64,000 bases of DNA from Bacteroidota bacterium (GCA_013377115.1 JACAAW010000004.1:2521-66520), one strand, 5' to 3'; shown: positions 35,787-45,701, counted from the first letter of the stretch. Notes: a model not told the origin generated them from the letters alone. Numbers and translations: made by a program.

Positions 35787-37025
35787 TCATTTTTTTTCTT
35801 GAAGTTCTTGTGCAGCTATTTCTTGTTCGCGCCAATCAGAGTTTAATTTCCCCATGCTAATTGCAAGATCAATGGAGTTCTGAGCACGTTTTACAACTGG
35901 AGGATCAATCATTTTTGTACCTAATGATACAACTCCCAATCCCTTTTCCTGAGCAACAATAAAAGCATTTACGATTTTCTTGGCTTTATCAATTTCAGCT
36001 GAATTTGGTGCAAAATTATCGTGAATTACCTTTATTTGCCTTGGGTGAATACAACCCATTCCTTCAAAACCCAATGCTTTTGATCTTAAAACATTCACTT
36101 TTAAGGCTTCCATATCGGCAATATCGGAAAAAACAGAATCAATTGGCTGAATTCCGGCCGCTTTACATGCATTTACAACCATACTTCTGGCAAAAAATGA
36201 TTCATTTCCTTCGTTGGTTCTGGCTGTTCCTAAATCGGCGGTATAATCTTCGAGTCCAATTGCAAGGGCAACAACATTATCAGCAGAAGTAGCAATTTCA
36301 AATGATTTCATAACACCAAGTGCACTTTCAATAATAGGCATTAACCAAATCTGGTGTTTGATATTATTTTTTTGTTTTAATTCCTCAATTTTAGTATTGA
36401 CTTGATGAATTTGATCCGCATTCTCACATTTCGGAATCAAAATCAAATTTACATTATAAGGAACAATAAACTCCAAATCACCTAATCCAAGCGGAATTTG
36501 GTTAATTCTAACCATTCGTTCAGCTCCATAAAAATCAACATTTTTCAAAGCATTTCTAACAAGATATCTGGCTTCGTCCTTTTTATCAGGAGCAACAGCA
36601 TCTTCTAAATCTAAAATAATACCATTTGGTTTGTGAACCCCAGAATTGATCATCAAACTTGGAGAATTTCCAGGTAAATACAACCTTGAAAAGCGATTTC
36701 TATCTTTTTCAGTATGATATTGATTATTGATATTGGACTCCAACAAATATTTTTTTGATGATGGAATGATTTTTTTAATTGCAGATTCAATACGAGCAGC
36801 TAAAACAAAAGGTAAAGCGCCAGAATCCTCTATTACAATGTTGGCATTTTTTATTTCAAAAAAAAGAAAAATTTCTTCAACAAGTATTTTTATTGATTCA
36901 CCAAACAAGGCAGCAACTTTGCTATTAAGAGAAATATTGATTCCATTTGTTTCTGTTATTTCCAGAGTGATGTGGCAATCGGAACGAACACCTTTTCCTT
37001 TATTACCTACTAAAGCTGTTTTCAA
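35787..37025 (-). CDS. citE: Fused citrate lyase acyl carrier protein (CitD-like) and citryl-CoA lyase (CitE)
   Basis: First ~87 aa resemble CitD (SKV...FG..I...D.GAL..V..ARIE); remainder has RSRLYLPG, DLEDAV, MVRIN, GLEDY, CIHPRQ; TTG start. Confidence 0.88.
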   Translation of the reverse strand: MKTALVGNKGKGVRSDCHITLEITETNGINISLNSKVAALFGESIKILVEEIFLFFEIKNANIVIEDSGALPFVLAARIESAIKKIIPSSKKYLLESNINNQYHTEKDRNRFSRLYLPGNSPSLMINSGVHKPNGIILDLEDAVAPDKKDEARYLVRNALKNVDFYGAERMVRINQIPLGLGDLEFIVPYNVNLILIPKCENADQIHQVNTKIEELKQKNNIKHQIWLMPIIESALGVMKSFEIATSADNVVALAIGLEDYTADLGTARTNEGNESFFARSMVVNACKAAGIQPIDSVFSDIADMEALKVNVLRSKALGFEGMGCIHPRQIKVIHDNFAPNSAEIDKAKKIVNAFIVAQEKGLGVVSLGTKMIDPPVVKRAQNSIDLAISMGKLNSDWREQEIAAQELQEKK

Positions 37026-37033
37026 AATTAGTT

Positions 37034-37040
37034 ACCTCCT
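37034..37040 (-). promoter_or_regulatory. Perfect Shine-Dalgarno AGGAGGT 8 nt before the citDE TTG start
   Basis: Minus strand reads ATGAAAATAAGGAGGTAACTAATT-TTG. Confidence 0.55.
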
Positions 37041-37070
37041 TATTTTCATTAAGTCGTTAGAAATATGCAA

Positions 37071-37078
37071 CAAATATA
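37071..37078 (-). promoter_or_regulatory. -7 promoter box of citDEF
   Basis: TATATTTG on the minus strand. Confidence 0.5.
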
Positions 37079-37140
37079 AAATGATTTTTTTGTATGGTCA
37101 GTAAAATAGTAATATATTTTTCAAAAAAATAAAGACAAAA

Positions 37141-37167
37141 AAAAAGAGTGCAAAAGCACTCTTTTTT
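37141..37167 (-). terminator. Intrinsic terminator after small lipoprotein 1
   Basis: AAAAAGAGTGC-aaaa-GCACTCTTTTT. Confidence 0.85.
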
Positions 37168-37183
37168 CAATTAAAAAGACTAA

Positions 37184-37453
37184 TTATTTAGCTTTTTTAA
37201 CTTCTTTTTTGCCACCTTTTTTGTCAGCTTTAGCAAGAGAATCAGCTTTCAATGAATCAGCTTTTGCTGTAACTTCAGCAACTAATTTCAATGAATCAGC
37301 TTCTTTTTGAGCTTGTTCAACTTTAGCAATAGAATCTTTTGCTAATGAATCTTTAGTAGCTTGTTCTTTTTTAGCTTTTTCTTCTGCGCTTGGTCCACAT
37401 GCGATGAATGAAACCATACCCGCAACAACTAATAATGCAAATAATTTTTTCAT
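37184..37453 (-). CDS. Small Lys/Ala-rich lipoprotein, paralog 1
   Basis: Lipobox SFIA-C; DSL/IAK repeats; own -7 box at 37488-37495. Confidence 0.85.
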   Translation of the reverse strand: MKKLFALLVVAGMVSFIACGPSAEEKAKKEQATKDSLAKDSIAKVEQAQKEADSLKLVAEVTAKADSLKADSLAKADKKGGKKEVKKAK

Positions 37454-37611
37454 GAGTTTTTGTTTAATTAATTAATTAATTCGGGTGCAAAATTAATCTT
37501 ATTTTTATAATAAAATTTATTTTTCTTATTTTTTTTCAACTATCAATTGTTAATAATCGACAAAATCCTAAATAACAATACATTAACTCGGAAATAAATA
37601 AATATCTGAAC

Positions 37612-37652
37612 AAAAAAAAAAGGAATTCATTAATAAGAATTCCCTTTTTTTT
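37612..37652 (-). terminator. Intrinsic terminator after small lipoprotein 2
   Basis: GGAATTC/GAATTCC stem flanked by A and T runs. Confidence 0.65.
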
Positions 37653-37670
37653 AAAAAAAATTAAAATTAA

Positions 37671-37973
37671 TTAACCTTTTCCATTTGGTTTTTTTGGAGT
37701 GTCGCCTTTAGGTTTATCATTACCTTTAGGTTTTACAGTTCCTTTTGTTTTTTTCTCACCTGCTTTTGCAATAGAATCTGCTTTTGCAGCTTCAATTTTT
37801 GCAACATTTGCTAATGAATCAGCTAATTTTGCAGCTGCTTCAACTTTAGCAATTGAATCTTTTGCTAATGAATCTTTTGTAGCTTGAACTTTTGCTTTGT
37901 CAGCAGCACTTGGGCCACATGCAATGAATGAAGTCATTCCTGCAACTAATAATAATGCAAATAATTTTTTCAT
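37671..37973 (-). CDS. Small Lys/Ala-rich lipoprotein, paralog 2
   Basis: Near-identical N-terminus MKKLFALL.VAGM.SFIACGPSA; own -7 box at 38007-38014. Confidence 0.85.
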   Translation of the reverse strand: MKKLFALLLVAGMTSFIACGPSAADKAKVQATKDSLAKDSIAKVEAAAKLADSLANVAKIEAAKADSIAKAGEKKTKGTVKPKGNDKPKGDTPKKPNGKG

Positions 37974-38076
37974 GTTTTTTTATTTTTTAATTGGTTAACC
38001 TGAGTGCAAAATTACTTTTTTTTTTAATAAAAAAAATTTTTTTTACTTTTTAATACTTTTTTTTAAATATTCGTAT

Positions 38077-38084
38077 TATTTTTG
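38077..38084 (+). promoter_or_regulatory. -7 promoter box
   Basis: TATTTTTG(CA) upstream of ATG 38125. Confidence 0.5.
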
Positions 38085-38124
38085 CACCATAAAATCTAAA
38101 ATTATAAACTTAACAAAAAAAATT

Positions 38125-38802
38125 ATGAAAAAAGGAATTTTATCAATTGCAGCTATTGCTTTATTTGGTGGCGCATTATTATTTTCTGGTTGCAGCAAAG
38201 AAGACACAACAAAACCTGTTATCACTCTTAATGGAGCTGCTTCTGTAGATGTTGTTTTAGGTGCAACTTATACTGATTTAGGCGCAACAGCAAATGATGA
38301 CACTGATGGAGATATCACTGCTTCTATTACTTCTGATGCAAGCACAACCAATCCTAACGTTAACTTAAAAGGAACTTATACTATTAATTACTCAGTAAGT
38401 GATGCTGCTTTAAACGAAGGTACTGCAACAAGAACTATTAATGTAAAAAATGCATTAGAAAATCTTGCTGGTAACTACACTGCAACTGATGATTATAACA
38501 ATGATGGAACTGTTGATGCTAATTGGACAGAAACAATTTCTACTTCTTCTACAATTAATAATCAATTAGTTTTTTCTAGATTTGCTTATTATACTGGTTG
38601 TGCACTTAAAGTAAATGTTTCTGGCTCTACAATTTCTTTCACTACTGGAGACCAAACATTTAACTGCGGATCACCTGCTCAAAACCGTACTTTCTCTAAC
38701 ATTACAGGAACAGTTATTGGTACAACTATTACTATTTCTTACCACGAAGTTGATGCTGATGGATTCACAACTACTGGAACAGATGTTTTTGTAAAAATCT
38801 AA
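38125..38802 (+). CDS. DUF5011/Ig-like domain lipoprotein
   Basis: Lipobox FSG-C then SKED; PVITLNG...GATA.D..DGDIT...Y.V.DAA.N. Confidence 0.88.
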   Translation: MKKGILSIAAIALFGGALLFSGCSKEDTTKPVITLNGAASVDVVLGATYTDLGATANDDTDGDITASITSDASTTNPNVNLKGTYTINYSVSDAALNEGTATRTINVKNALENLAGNYTATDDYNNDGTVDANWTETISTSSTINNQLVFSRFAYYTGCALKVNVSGSTISFTTGDQTFNCGSPAQNRTFSNITGTVIGTTITISYHEVDADGFTTTGTDVFVKI

Positions 38803-38816
38803 TTTTTACAAAATAT

Positions 38817-38855
38817 AAAAAAAAAGGTTGTCTATAATTAGTCAACCTTTTTTTT
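38817..38855 (+). terminator. Intrinsic terminator
   Basis: AAAAAGGTTG...CAACCTTTTT followed by a T run. Confidence 0.8.
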
Positions 38856-38934
38856 ATCCCTAATTCACTATAATTATTTAAATTTTCAATTACTTTTTAT
38901 AATTTAGCAGAAAATTAATCAAAGACCTTCTTAA

Positions 38935-39615
38935 ATGAAATTTAAAAATCTCCATTTATTATCAATTCTAGTATTTTTTCTAGTTCTTATTATTTCAAGT
39001 TGTTCAAAAGACGATGTTACTGCTCCAACAATTGTTTTAACTGGAAGTTCTTCCCAAGTTATTATTTATAAAAGTTCAACATCATATATTGAGCCTGGAT
39101 TCACGGCAACTGACGAAACTGATGGAGATATTACGGCGAATGTTGTTGTTACAGGAACCGTTGATGTAAATAGTGTAGGAACCTACTCTCTTGTATATTC
39201 TGTAACCGATCAAGCTGGGAATAGTTTTTCAGTTACAAGAACAGTTGTTATTGATGCAAACCCACTTTTTGTGGGGAATTTTTCTCATATTGATATTATT
39301 GGTGGTGTTACCTATCCTGCAACTCTTGATACTTTAGCTGCTTCATTCACAACAAAAAATAAAATTCTTTTTAAAAGATTTTCGGGATTTTCTAATGCTG
39401 CAATTTTCGCAAATCTAAATAAGAGCGCAGTCACAATTCCAGCACAAACATATTATTGTGGTGATTTTCCTTCAGATACAATAAGAACATTTCAAACAAT
39501 TGGTACAACAAGTTATTTTACTGTGGTTGATTCTATTGCAACCATGGTTTTAAATTATAGCATTATTAAAGGTACCGACACAATAGTTTGTTCTTCAACT
39601 TATACAAAACAATAA
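38935..39615 (+). CDS. DUF5011/Ig-like domain lipoprotein
   Basis: Lipobox ISS-C then SKDD; EPGFTATDETDGDIT...YSVTDQAGN. Confidence 0.88.
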   Translation: MKFKNLHLLSILVFFLVLIISSCSKDDVTAPTIVLTGSSSQVIIYKSSTSYIEPGFTATDETDGDITANVVVTGTVDVNSVGTYSLVYSVTDQAGNSFSVTRTVVIDANPLFVGNFSHIDIIGGVTYPATLDTLAASFTTKNKILFKRFSGFSNAAIFANLNKSAVTIPAQTYYCGDFPSDTIRTFQTIGTTSYFTVVDSIATMVLNYSIIKGTDTIVCSSTYTKQ

Positions 39616-39618
39616 ATT

Positions 39619-39954
39619 ATGAAAACTTTAAAGATTCTTTTCGTTTGTTTATTTGTTTCTGTTTTTGCATTTCAATCATGCAAGAAAAAAGATGAAACGC
39701 CAAAAGATACAACGGCTCCAGTAATTTCAATAACTGGTAGTAATCCTTTTACAATGTCGATTGATTCCACCTACCATGATCCTGGATTTTCGGCAATTGA
39801 TGAAACTGACGGTGATATTACTGCCAACATCTCATCAACAAACAATATTAACAAAAATGTAGTAGGAACTTATTATGTAAAATACAATGTTTCGGATGCT
39901 GCTGGTAACAAAGCAGTTGAAGTTAGCAGGACTATTTTGGTAAAAATTCTTTAA
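39619..39954 (+). CDS. DUF5011/Ig-like domain lipoprotein (single domain)
   Basis: Lipobox FQS-C then KKKDE; DPGFSAIDETDGDIT...YNVSDAAGN. Confidence 0.88.
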   Translation: MKTLKILFVCLFVSVFAFQSCKKKDETPKDTTAPVISITGSNPFTMSIDSTYHDPGFSAIDETDGDITANISSTNNINKNVVGTYYVKYNVSDAAGNKAVEVSRTILVKIL

Positions 39955-39981
39955 TTTCCAGACTATTCGTTTTCTTCCTAT

Positions 39982-41916
39982 ATGCTAAAAAAAAGCGATT
40001 TAAAAAACTCTATTCAATTTGTATTAATAGAGCGGCTACTCATTGTATTATTTGTATTTACCTTATTACGAATATGTTTTTACATTTTCAATTATAGCTA
40101 TTTTTCTCAAACTACTTTTTTCGAATTTATTCTTTCTTTGATCTACGGCATTCGTTTCGATATTTCGGTGGTATTAATTGTGAATGCACCATTGATATTA
40201 TTGGCATTAATTCCTTTCAAAATTCGAACTCATAAAATTTACGATAAAATATTCAGGATTCTTTTTTTAATCGTAAACTCTTTGCTTATTCTCCCAAATT
40301 TAGCTGATTTAGTTTATTTTAAATTTGCTGCGCGCAGAACCACCTCTGATATGTTTAATATTATGGGAACTGGTGATGATTTTTGGGTGATGTTGCCAAA
40401 ATATATTCGCGATTTCTGGTATATAATGGTAATCTGGATTTTCTCAATTTTGCTCATGCGCTTCCTTTTGAAACGAACCAAACAAAGTCCTGAAAATTAT
40501 CAGTCGCAAAAGACAATAAAGTATTATGGAATTCAAAGCATTCTATTTCTATTGCTTTCGAGCTTTGCGATAATTGGCATGCGTGGCGGTTTGCAACTAA
40601 AACCAATCAGCATTATTTCGGCAGGTCAATATTTTTCAGGAAAAAACATCCCTTTAATTTTAAACACACCTTTCACTATCATCAAAACTTTAAACAAAAA
40701 AGGACTTGAAAATGTTACCTATTTTAAAACATTTGAAGATGCTGAGAAAAATTACAGCCCTGTTCATAAGATTTCAATAAAAACAGGTGAATACGATAAT
40801 TCTAATGTCGTAGTTATTATTTTAGAAAGCTTTTCAAAAGAACATATCGGTTTCTTTACACCTCAAAAAGGAAAAATAAAAACTTATACACCTTTTTTGG
40901 ATTCGCTAATTAAAGAAAGTTTGACATTCAAATATTCATTTGCGAATGCAAAACGCTCTATCGAAGGCATTCCTGCTGTATTAGCAGGCATTCCGACTTT
41001 AATGAATATCCCTTATATTTCTTCGGAATACTCATTAGATAAAATAAATAGTGTTGCCAGTTTATTATCGGCAAATAATTATCAAACGGCTTTTTATCAT
41101 GGTGGAAAAAATGGAACTATGGGTTTTGATAATTTCACCATAATTGCTGGCTTCGAAAAATATTATGGAAAAAATGAATACAATAATGACAAAGATTTTG
41201 ATGGAGAATGGGGCATTTATGATGAAGAATACCTTCAGTATTTTGCAAAAAATTTAAGCACTACAAAAACGCCTTTCGTTGCAGGAATTTTCACATTATC
41301 GTCGCATCATCCGTATACCATTCCTTCGAAATACAAAAACAAATTTTCTGATGGAAAATTGAAAATTCAGAAAAGTATCATGTACACAGATTTTGCTTTA
41401 AAAAGATTTTTCGAAACTGCATCTAAAATGCCTTGGTTCGACAATACTTTGTTTGTAATAACCGCCGATCATACTTCGGAATCAGCCGATCCGTTTTACC
41501 AAAGCAGAATGGGTGAATTTGCAGTTCCCATCATTTATTACAAACACAATAGCAATTTAAAAGCATATTCAAATACCATTACTCAACAATCGGATATTTT
41601 ACCTAGTGTAATGGATTTTTTGAATTATAAAAAACAAAATTATATCGCTTTTGGTGAAAGCGTTTTCGACAGCACAAAAAATCATTTTGCAGTTAATTAT
41701 TTAAACGACACCTACGTAATGTTTAACGAAAACTATGCTTTGGAATTTGACGGAAATAAAAGTTTAGCCCTATACGAATTCCGAACAGATAGCCTTTTCC
41801 AGAACAATCTTTTGAAATCGAAACCTCAATTAAGCAAATCATTAGAAAAGAAATTAAAAGCAATCATTCAAAGCTACAATTATCGTCTGATTAACAATAA
41901 ATTAAGCGTAAATTAG
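39982..41916 (+). CDS. LTA-synthase-family / sulfatase-like membrane protein
   Basis: 5 N-terminal TM helices; NVVVIILES, RSIEG, TLSSHHPY, YTD, ITADH motifs. Confidence 0.9.
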   Translation: MLKKSDLKNSIQFVLIERLLIVLFVFTLLRICFYIFNYSYFSQTTFFEFILSLIYGIRFDISVVLIVNAPLILLALIPFKIRTHKIYDKIFRILFLIVNSLLILPNLADLVYFKFAARRTTSDMFNIMGTGDDFWVMLPKYIRDFWYIMVIWIFSILLMRFLLKRTKQSPENYQSQKTIKYYGIQSILFLLLSSFAIIGMRGGLQLKPISIISAGQYFSGKNIPLILNTPFTIIKTLNKKGLENVTYFKTFEDAEKNYSPVHKISIKTGEYDNSNVVVIILESFSKEHIGFFTPQKGKIKTYTPFLDSLIKESLTFKYSFANAKRSIEGIPAVLAGIPTLMNIPYISSEYSLDKINSVASLLSANNYQTAFYHGGKNGTMGFDNFTIIAGFEKYYGKNEYNNDKDFDGEWGIYDEEYLQYFAKNLSTTKTPFVAGIFTLSSHHPYTIPSKYKNKFSDGKLKIQKSIMYTDFALKRFFETASKMPWFDNTLFVITADHTSESADPFYQSRMGEFAVPIIYYKHNSNLKAYSNTITQQSDILPSVMDFLNYKKQNYIAFGESVFDSTKNHFAVNYLNDTYVMFNENYALEFDGNKSLALYEFRTDSLFQNNLLKSKPQLSKSLEKKLKAIIQSYNYRLINNKLSVN

Positions 41917-41930
41917 TCAATCATATTTTT

Positions 41931-42281
41931 ATGGCAAAAAATAATTCAAGAAAAGAAACTTTAAATAATATTGTTTATTCAACAAATAAAGATTTTAATT
42001 TTGAAATTGAAAGTGAGAATTTACAAACCCTCCCACCACAACAACAAAACTTGCGAATTATGCTCGATAAAAAACATCGCTCAGGCAAGGCTGTAACTTT
42101 AATTACTGGATTTACCGGAAGCGAGGATGATTTAAAAGAATTGGGAAAAAAATTAAAATCAAAATGTGGTGTTGGCGGTACTGTAAAGGATAATGAAATA
42201 CTAATTCAAGGTGATTTTAGAGATAAGATAATAGAGATTCTATTAAAAGATAATTATAAAGTTAAGAAAGCTGGCGGTTAA
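41931..42281 (+). CDS. yciH: SUI1 translation initiation factor (YciH)
   Basis: RSGKAVTLITG...LK.KCGVGG.VK...I.IQGD. Confidence 0.92.
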   Translation: MAKNNSRKETLNNIVYSTNKDFNFEIESENLQTLPPQQQNLRIMLDKKHRSGKAVTLITGFTGSEDDLKELGKKLKSKCGVGGTVKDNEILIQGDFRDKIIEILLKDNYKVKKAGG

Positions 42282-43103
42282 TTAATTTTTGGGCGTAATT
42301 CCCTTTAGCAATTCAATTATTTTATTTGGGTATTCTTCCGGATAATCAATAACGCCATGAACATGTCGTCCTTTTATTTCCCAGAAAGTTTTTGGTTCTG
42401 TAGCTTTTTCAAATAATTTCGCACCCATCCAATAAGGACAAGTTTTGTCCTCTGTACTGTGAATTATTAATTTAGGAATTTTAATATTTCCAATATTTTT
42501 GGTTGCTTTATAGGAAGATTTAACCAAAAAATGACTAGCAAATCTCAATAAAAATGGTGCATTCACTCCAGCAACTTGTTTATGCGTTGTAAAAGCACCT
42601 TCAATTACCATTAAATCAATTTTATCTTGATTTTCGTTGGTAAGCTTTACTGCTAAATGTCCACCAATTGAGCAACCCAAAACAACAAATTTGGTATTTT
42701 TTACTTCCTCTCTTTTTTTAGTATAATCCAAAACAGATTGAGCATCATCAAGAAGATTTTGATGGCTGGGCGCTCCTTCTGATTTCCCAAAACCCTGATA
42801 ATCGAAAGTCATTATTTGAAAGCCTTTTTTTACCATTATTTTATATCCTTGCGACCAATCTTCAATATTTCCAGAATTTCCATGCAAAAATAAAATGGTA
42901 GCAATTGGCTTCACTTGGGGTTTAATAAAAACACAATTTATTTTCTTTCCATTTTTAGATGGAATAAAAAAATCCTCAACTGCAAAACCATCTAGACTAA
43001 TCAAAGTACTTTTTACATTTGGGTAATAATAAAGCTTTTGAAAAGTACAGGAGCTAATAGTAAAAATTAAAAATAAAATAAATAATAGTTTAATTATTTT
43101 CAT
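42282..43103 (-). CDS. Alpha/beta hydrolase lipoprotein (ABHD13/YfhR-like)
   Basis: FLHGNSGN, DYQGFGKS.G, GCSIGG nucleophile elbow, IIHS.ED, GRH; ATG 43103; lipobox ISS-C. Confidence 0.88.
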   Translation of the reverse strand: MKIIKLLFILFLIFTISSCTFQKLYYYPNVKSTLISLDGFAVEDFFIPSKNGKKINCVFIKPQVKPIATILFLHGNSGNIEDWSQGYKIMVKKGFQIMTFDYQGFGKSEGAPSHQNLLDDAQSVLDYTKKREEVKNTKFVVLGCSIGGHLAVKLTNENQDKIDLMVIEGAFTTHKQVAGVNAPFLLRFASHFLVKSSYKATKNIGNIKIPKLIIHSTEDKTCPYWMGAKLFEKATEPKTFWEIKGRHVHGVIDYPEEYPNKIIELLKGITPKN

Positions 43104-43317
43104 TAGTTTTTTAGTAGGTAAGACGCACAAATTTAAAAAAAACTTGGATGATAATAATAAAAAAGAATTTTGTCAATGAAAAAATTACACGTAATAACCC
43201 CTGTATCTCCTCGATAGAAACACCCTGTTTAGCAATAAGTGTTTCACCTGTATAAAAATAAGTACCTATTACGTTGACAAATTAACAAGACTATAGTAAT
43301 TTTATAAAAAAAAAAAC

Positions 43318-45696
43318 ATGAATTCTCACAATTACCGTAGAAATGAATTTAGCGTTGAAAAAGAACTAAATATAAAGGACGACGAGTCAAATTTTAGAAA
43401 TTTTTTTAATAATATTGATGATTTTCTCTTTGTTCTGGACTTAAATGGAAATATTATTGAAACCAATAATGCTGTTACAAGGTTATTAGGTTATACAAAA
43501 GAAGAACTTATTGGAAAAAATGTGCTTTTTGTTCATCCACCTGAGTTTAGAGATCAAGCACAAATAACAGTTGGTGAAATGATATCAGGCATAAGCGAAT
43601 CCTGCCCAATACCTTTGATTTCAAAAACAAATACCTATATTCCAGTTGAAACAAGAGTTTATTTTGGGAATTGGAACGGTGAAAAATCATTAATTGGAGT
43701 AAGCAGAAATTTGTCGGAAATAGCATTTTCAGAAAGTAAATTCCATGAAGTATTTGATAATAGTCCAGAAATAATGGCAATTTCCGAAATAGATTCTGGT
43801 ATTTTCATTGATGCAAATAAAATATTTTTAAACACATTAGGTTATACAAAATCTGAGATAATCGGAAAAAAATCTAGTGATCTAAAATTGTTTCAGGATC
43901 CATTGATTAGATCAGAAATTGTTCAAAAAATCAATAACAATATTACATTGGAAAACGAAAATGTAATTACCCAAACCAAAAATGGCCAATTATTAAATTT
44001 CCTTTTTTCTGCAACAAAAATAAAAATTCAAACCAAAGAATATTTGCTTACTTCGGCAAGTGATGTTACGCAAATTAAAAACATTGAAAAAAAATTAAAC
44101 CATAATTTATTACAGCAAACTTTATTGGCGGATATTTCTCAGAATTTAAATTCCTTAAACAAAATTGAACAAAAATTAAATGATACGATAGAATTACTTG
44201 GAAAACACACCAATGTTAGCAGAGTGTATATCTTTGAAGATGAAGCAGATGGACTAACAACAAACAACACTTTTGAGTGGTGTAATGAAAGCATTTCGCC
44301 TCAAATTGAAGAATTGCAAGGCATTCCTTATGAAGCCATACCTTCATGGAAAAAAATACTTAACGAAAATGGGAAAGTTTTCTCAACTAATATCAAAGAG
44401 CTACCAGATGATCTTTATCAAATTTTAGAGCCTCAAGGAATAAAATCAATTTTAGTTTTACCCTTATATGTGAAAGAAAAGTTTTATGGCTTTATGGGAT
44501 TTGATGAATGTGTTTTAAACAAAACATGGGAGCATGACGAAATTGAATTATTAAGAACTATATCGAACATTATTTCAAACACCTTTGAGCGTATAATAAT
44601 TAAAAAACAACTTAGCAAAAGCAAGGAACAGTTATCCATGGCTATCGAAAACACCGAAGCAGGATTATGGGATTGGAATATTGTAACCGGTGAAGTTTAT
44701 TTTAGTGATATTTGGCTTAGAATGTTGGGTTATGATAGGTCGGAAGTTGAACCAAACGTTTCATCTTGGGAAAAATTGGTTCATCCAGATGATATGCCTG
44801 ATGTTGAAAAAGCTTTAAACGACCATTTAACCGGAAAAACTGAATTTTATGAAGCCACTCATCGACTTTTGTGTAAATCTGGAGCCTGGACATGGGTTTT
44901 GGACAAAGGAAAAGTGATTGAAAGAGATGCCCATTGGAATCCTATTCGCGCCATTGGAACTCATTTCAACATTGAAAACCAAAAAGAAACAGAATTAGAA
45001 CTAAAAAGGATAAATGCCACAAAAGATAAATTCTTTTCAATAATTGCTCATGATTTAAGGGGCCCAATTGGGGCATTGATGCAAATGATTGATTACATCA
45101 ATGACAAAGAAGATGAAATATCTAATGATGTATTATTTTCTTTCCTGAAAAAACTAAAATATCTTACAAAAGACACCTTTACTCTACTGGAGAATCTCCT
45201 CTATTGGTCAATGGAAAGCAATAATGAACTTTTGGCAGAGCCAAAAATTATCAATGCAAAGGATATTATTAAAACCAATATTGGATTAAGCAATTATATT
45301 TCGAAGAGCAAAAACCAAACAATTACAGCTGAAATTAATGATGATTTTTTTGTTTATGCCGATGAAAACATGGTAAATTTAATTTTCCGAAATTTGTTAT
45401 CAAATGCCATGAAATTTACACCAATTAACGGAAAGATAAAAATTAGTGTGATAGAAAATAGTCAGTTTGTTCAAATCTCTATTTTAGACAGTGGAGGTGG
45501 TATTTCAAAGGAAAACATAGAGAAAATATTGTCTGATGATAATTTTCATACATCAAGAGGAACCAGCAATGAGAAAGGCACTGGATTAGGATTAAAACTC
45601 TGCAAAGATTTCATCAAAAAAAACAATGGAGCCTTTTTTATTGAAAGCAAAATTGGAAAAGGATCTACTTTTGTTTTTACGCTTCCAAAACCTTAA
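43318..45696 (+). CDS. Cytoplasmic PAS-PAS-GAF-PAS sensor histidine kinase
   Basis: PAS motifs, GAF (SRVYIF...FEWC), H-box IAHDLRGP, N/G1/G2 boxes; no TM segment seen. Confidence 0.92.
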   Translation: MNSHNYRRNEFSVEKELNIKDDESNFRNFFNNIDDFLFVLDLNGNIIETNNAVTRLLGYTKEELIGKNVLFVHPPEFRDQAQITVGEMISGISESCPIPLISKTNTYIPVETRVYFGNWNGEKSLIGVSRNLSEIAFSESKFHEVFDNSPEIMAISEIDSGIFIDANKIFLNTLGYTKSEIIGKKSSDLKLFQDPLIRSEIVQKINNNITLENENVITQTKNGQLLNFLFSATKIKIQTKEYLLTSASDVTQIKNIEKKLNHNLLQQTLLADISQNLNSLNKIEQKLNDTIELLGKHTNVSRVYIFEDEADGLTTNNTFEWCNESISPQIEELQGIPYEAIPSWKKILNENGKVFSTNIKELPDDLYQILEPQGIKSILVLPLYVKEKFYGFMGFDECVLNKTWEHDEIELLRTISNIISNTFERIIIKKQLSKSKEQLSMAIENTEAGLWDWNIVTGEVYFSDIWLRMLGYDRSEVEPNVSSWEKLVHPDDMPDVEKALNDHLTGKTEFYEATHRLLCKSGAWTWVLDKGKVIERDAHWNPIRAIGTHFNIENQKETELELKRINATKDKFFSIIAHDLRGPIGALMQMIDYINDKEDEISNDVLFSFLKKLKYLTKDTFTLLENLLYWSMESNNELLAEPKIINAKDIIKTNIGLSNYISKSKNQTITAEINDDFFVYADENMVNLIFRNLLSNAMKFTPINGKIKISVIENSQFVQISILDSGGGISKENIEKILSDDNFHTSRGTSNEKGTGLGLKLCKDFIKKNNGAFFIESKIGKGSTFVFTLPKP

Positions 45697-45701
45697 ACCG
45701 A

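Noticed and set aside
34204-37025. Functional link between citrate lyase and Fe(III)-citrate reduction by the cytochrome cluster
   Set aside because: About 23 kb apart with unrelated genes between; no shared regulatory evidence
36727-37104. 125-aa plus-strand ORF
   Set aside because: Antisense shadow of the CitD-like domain
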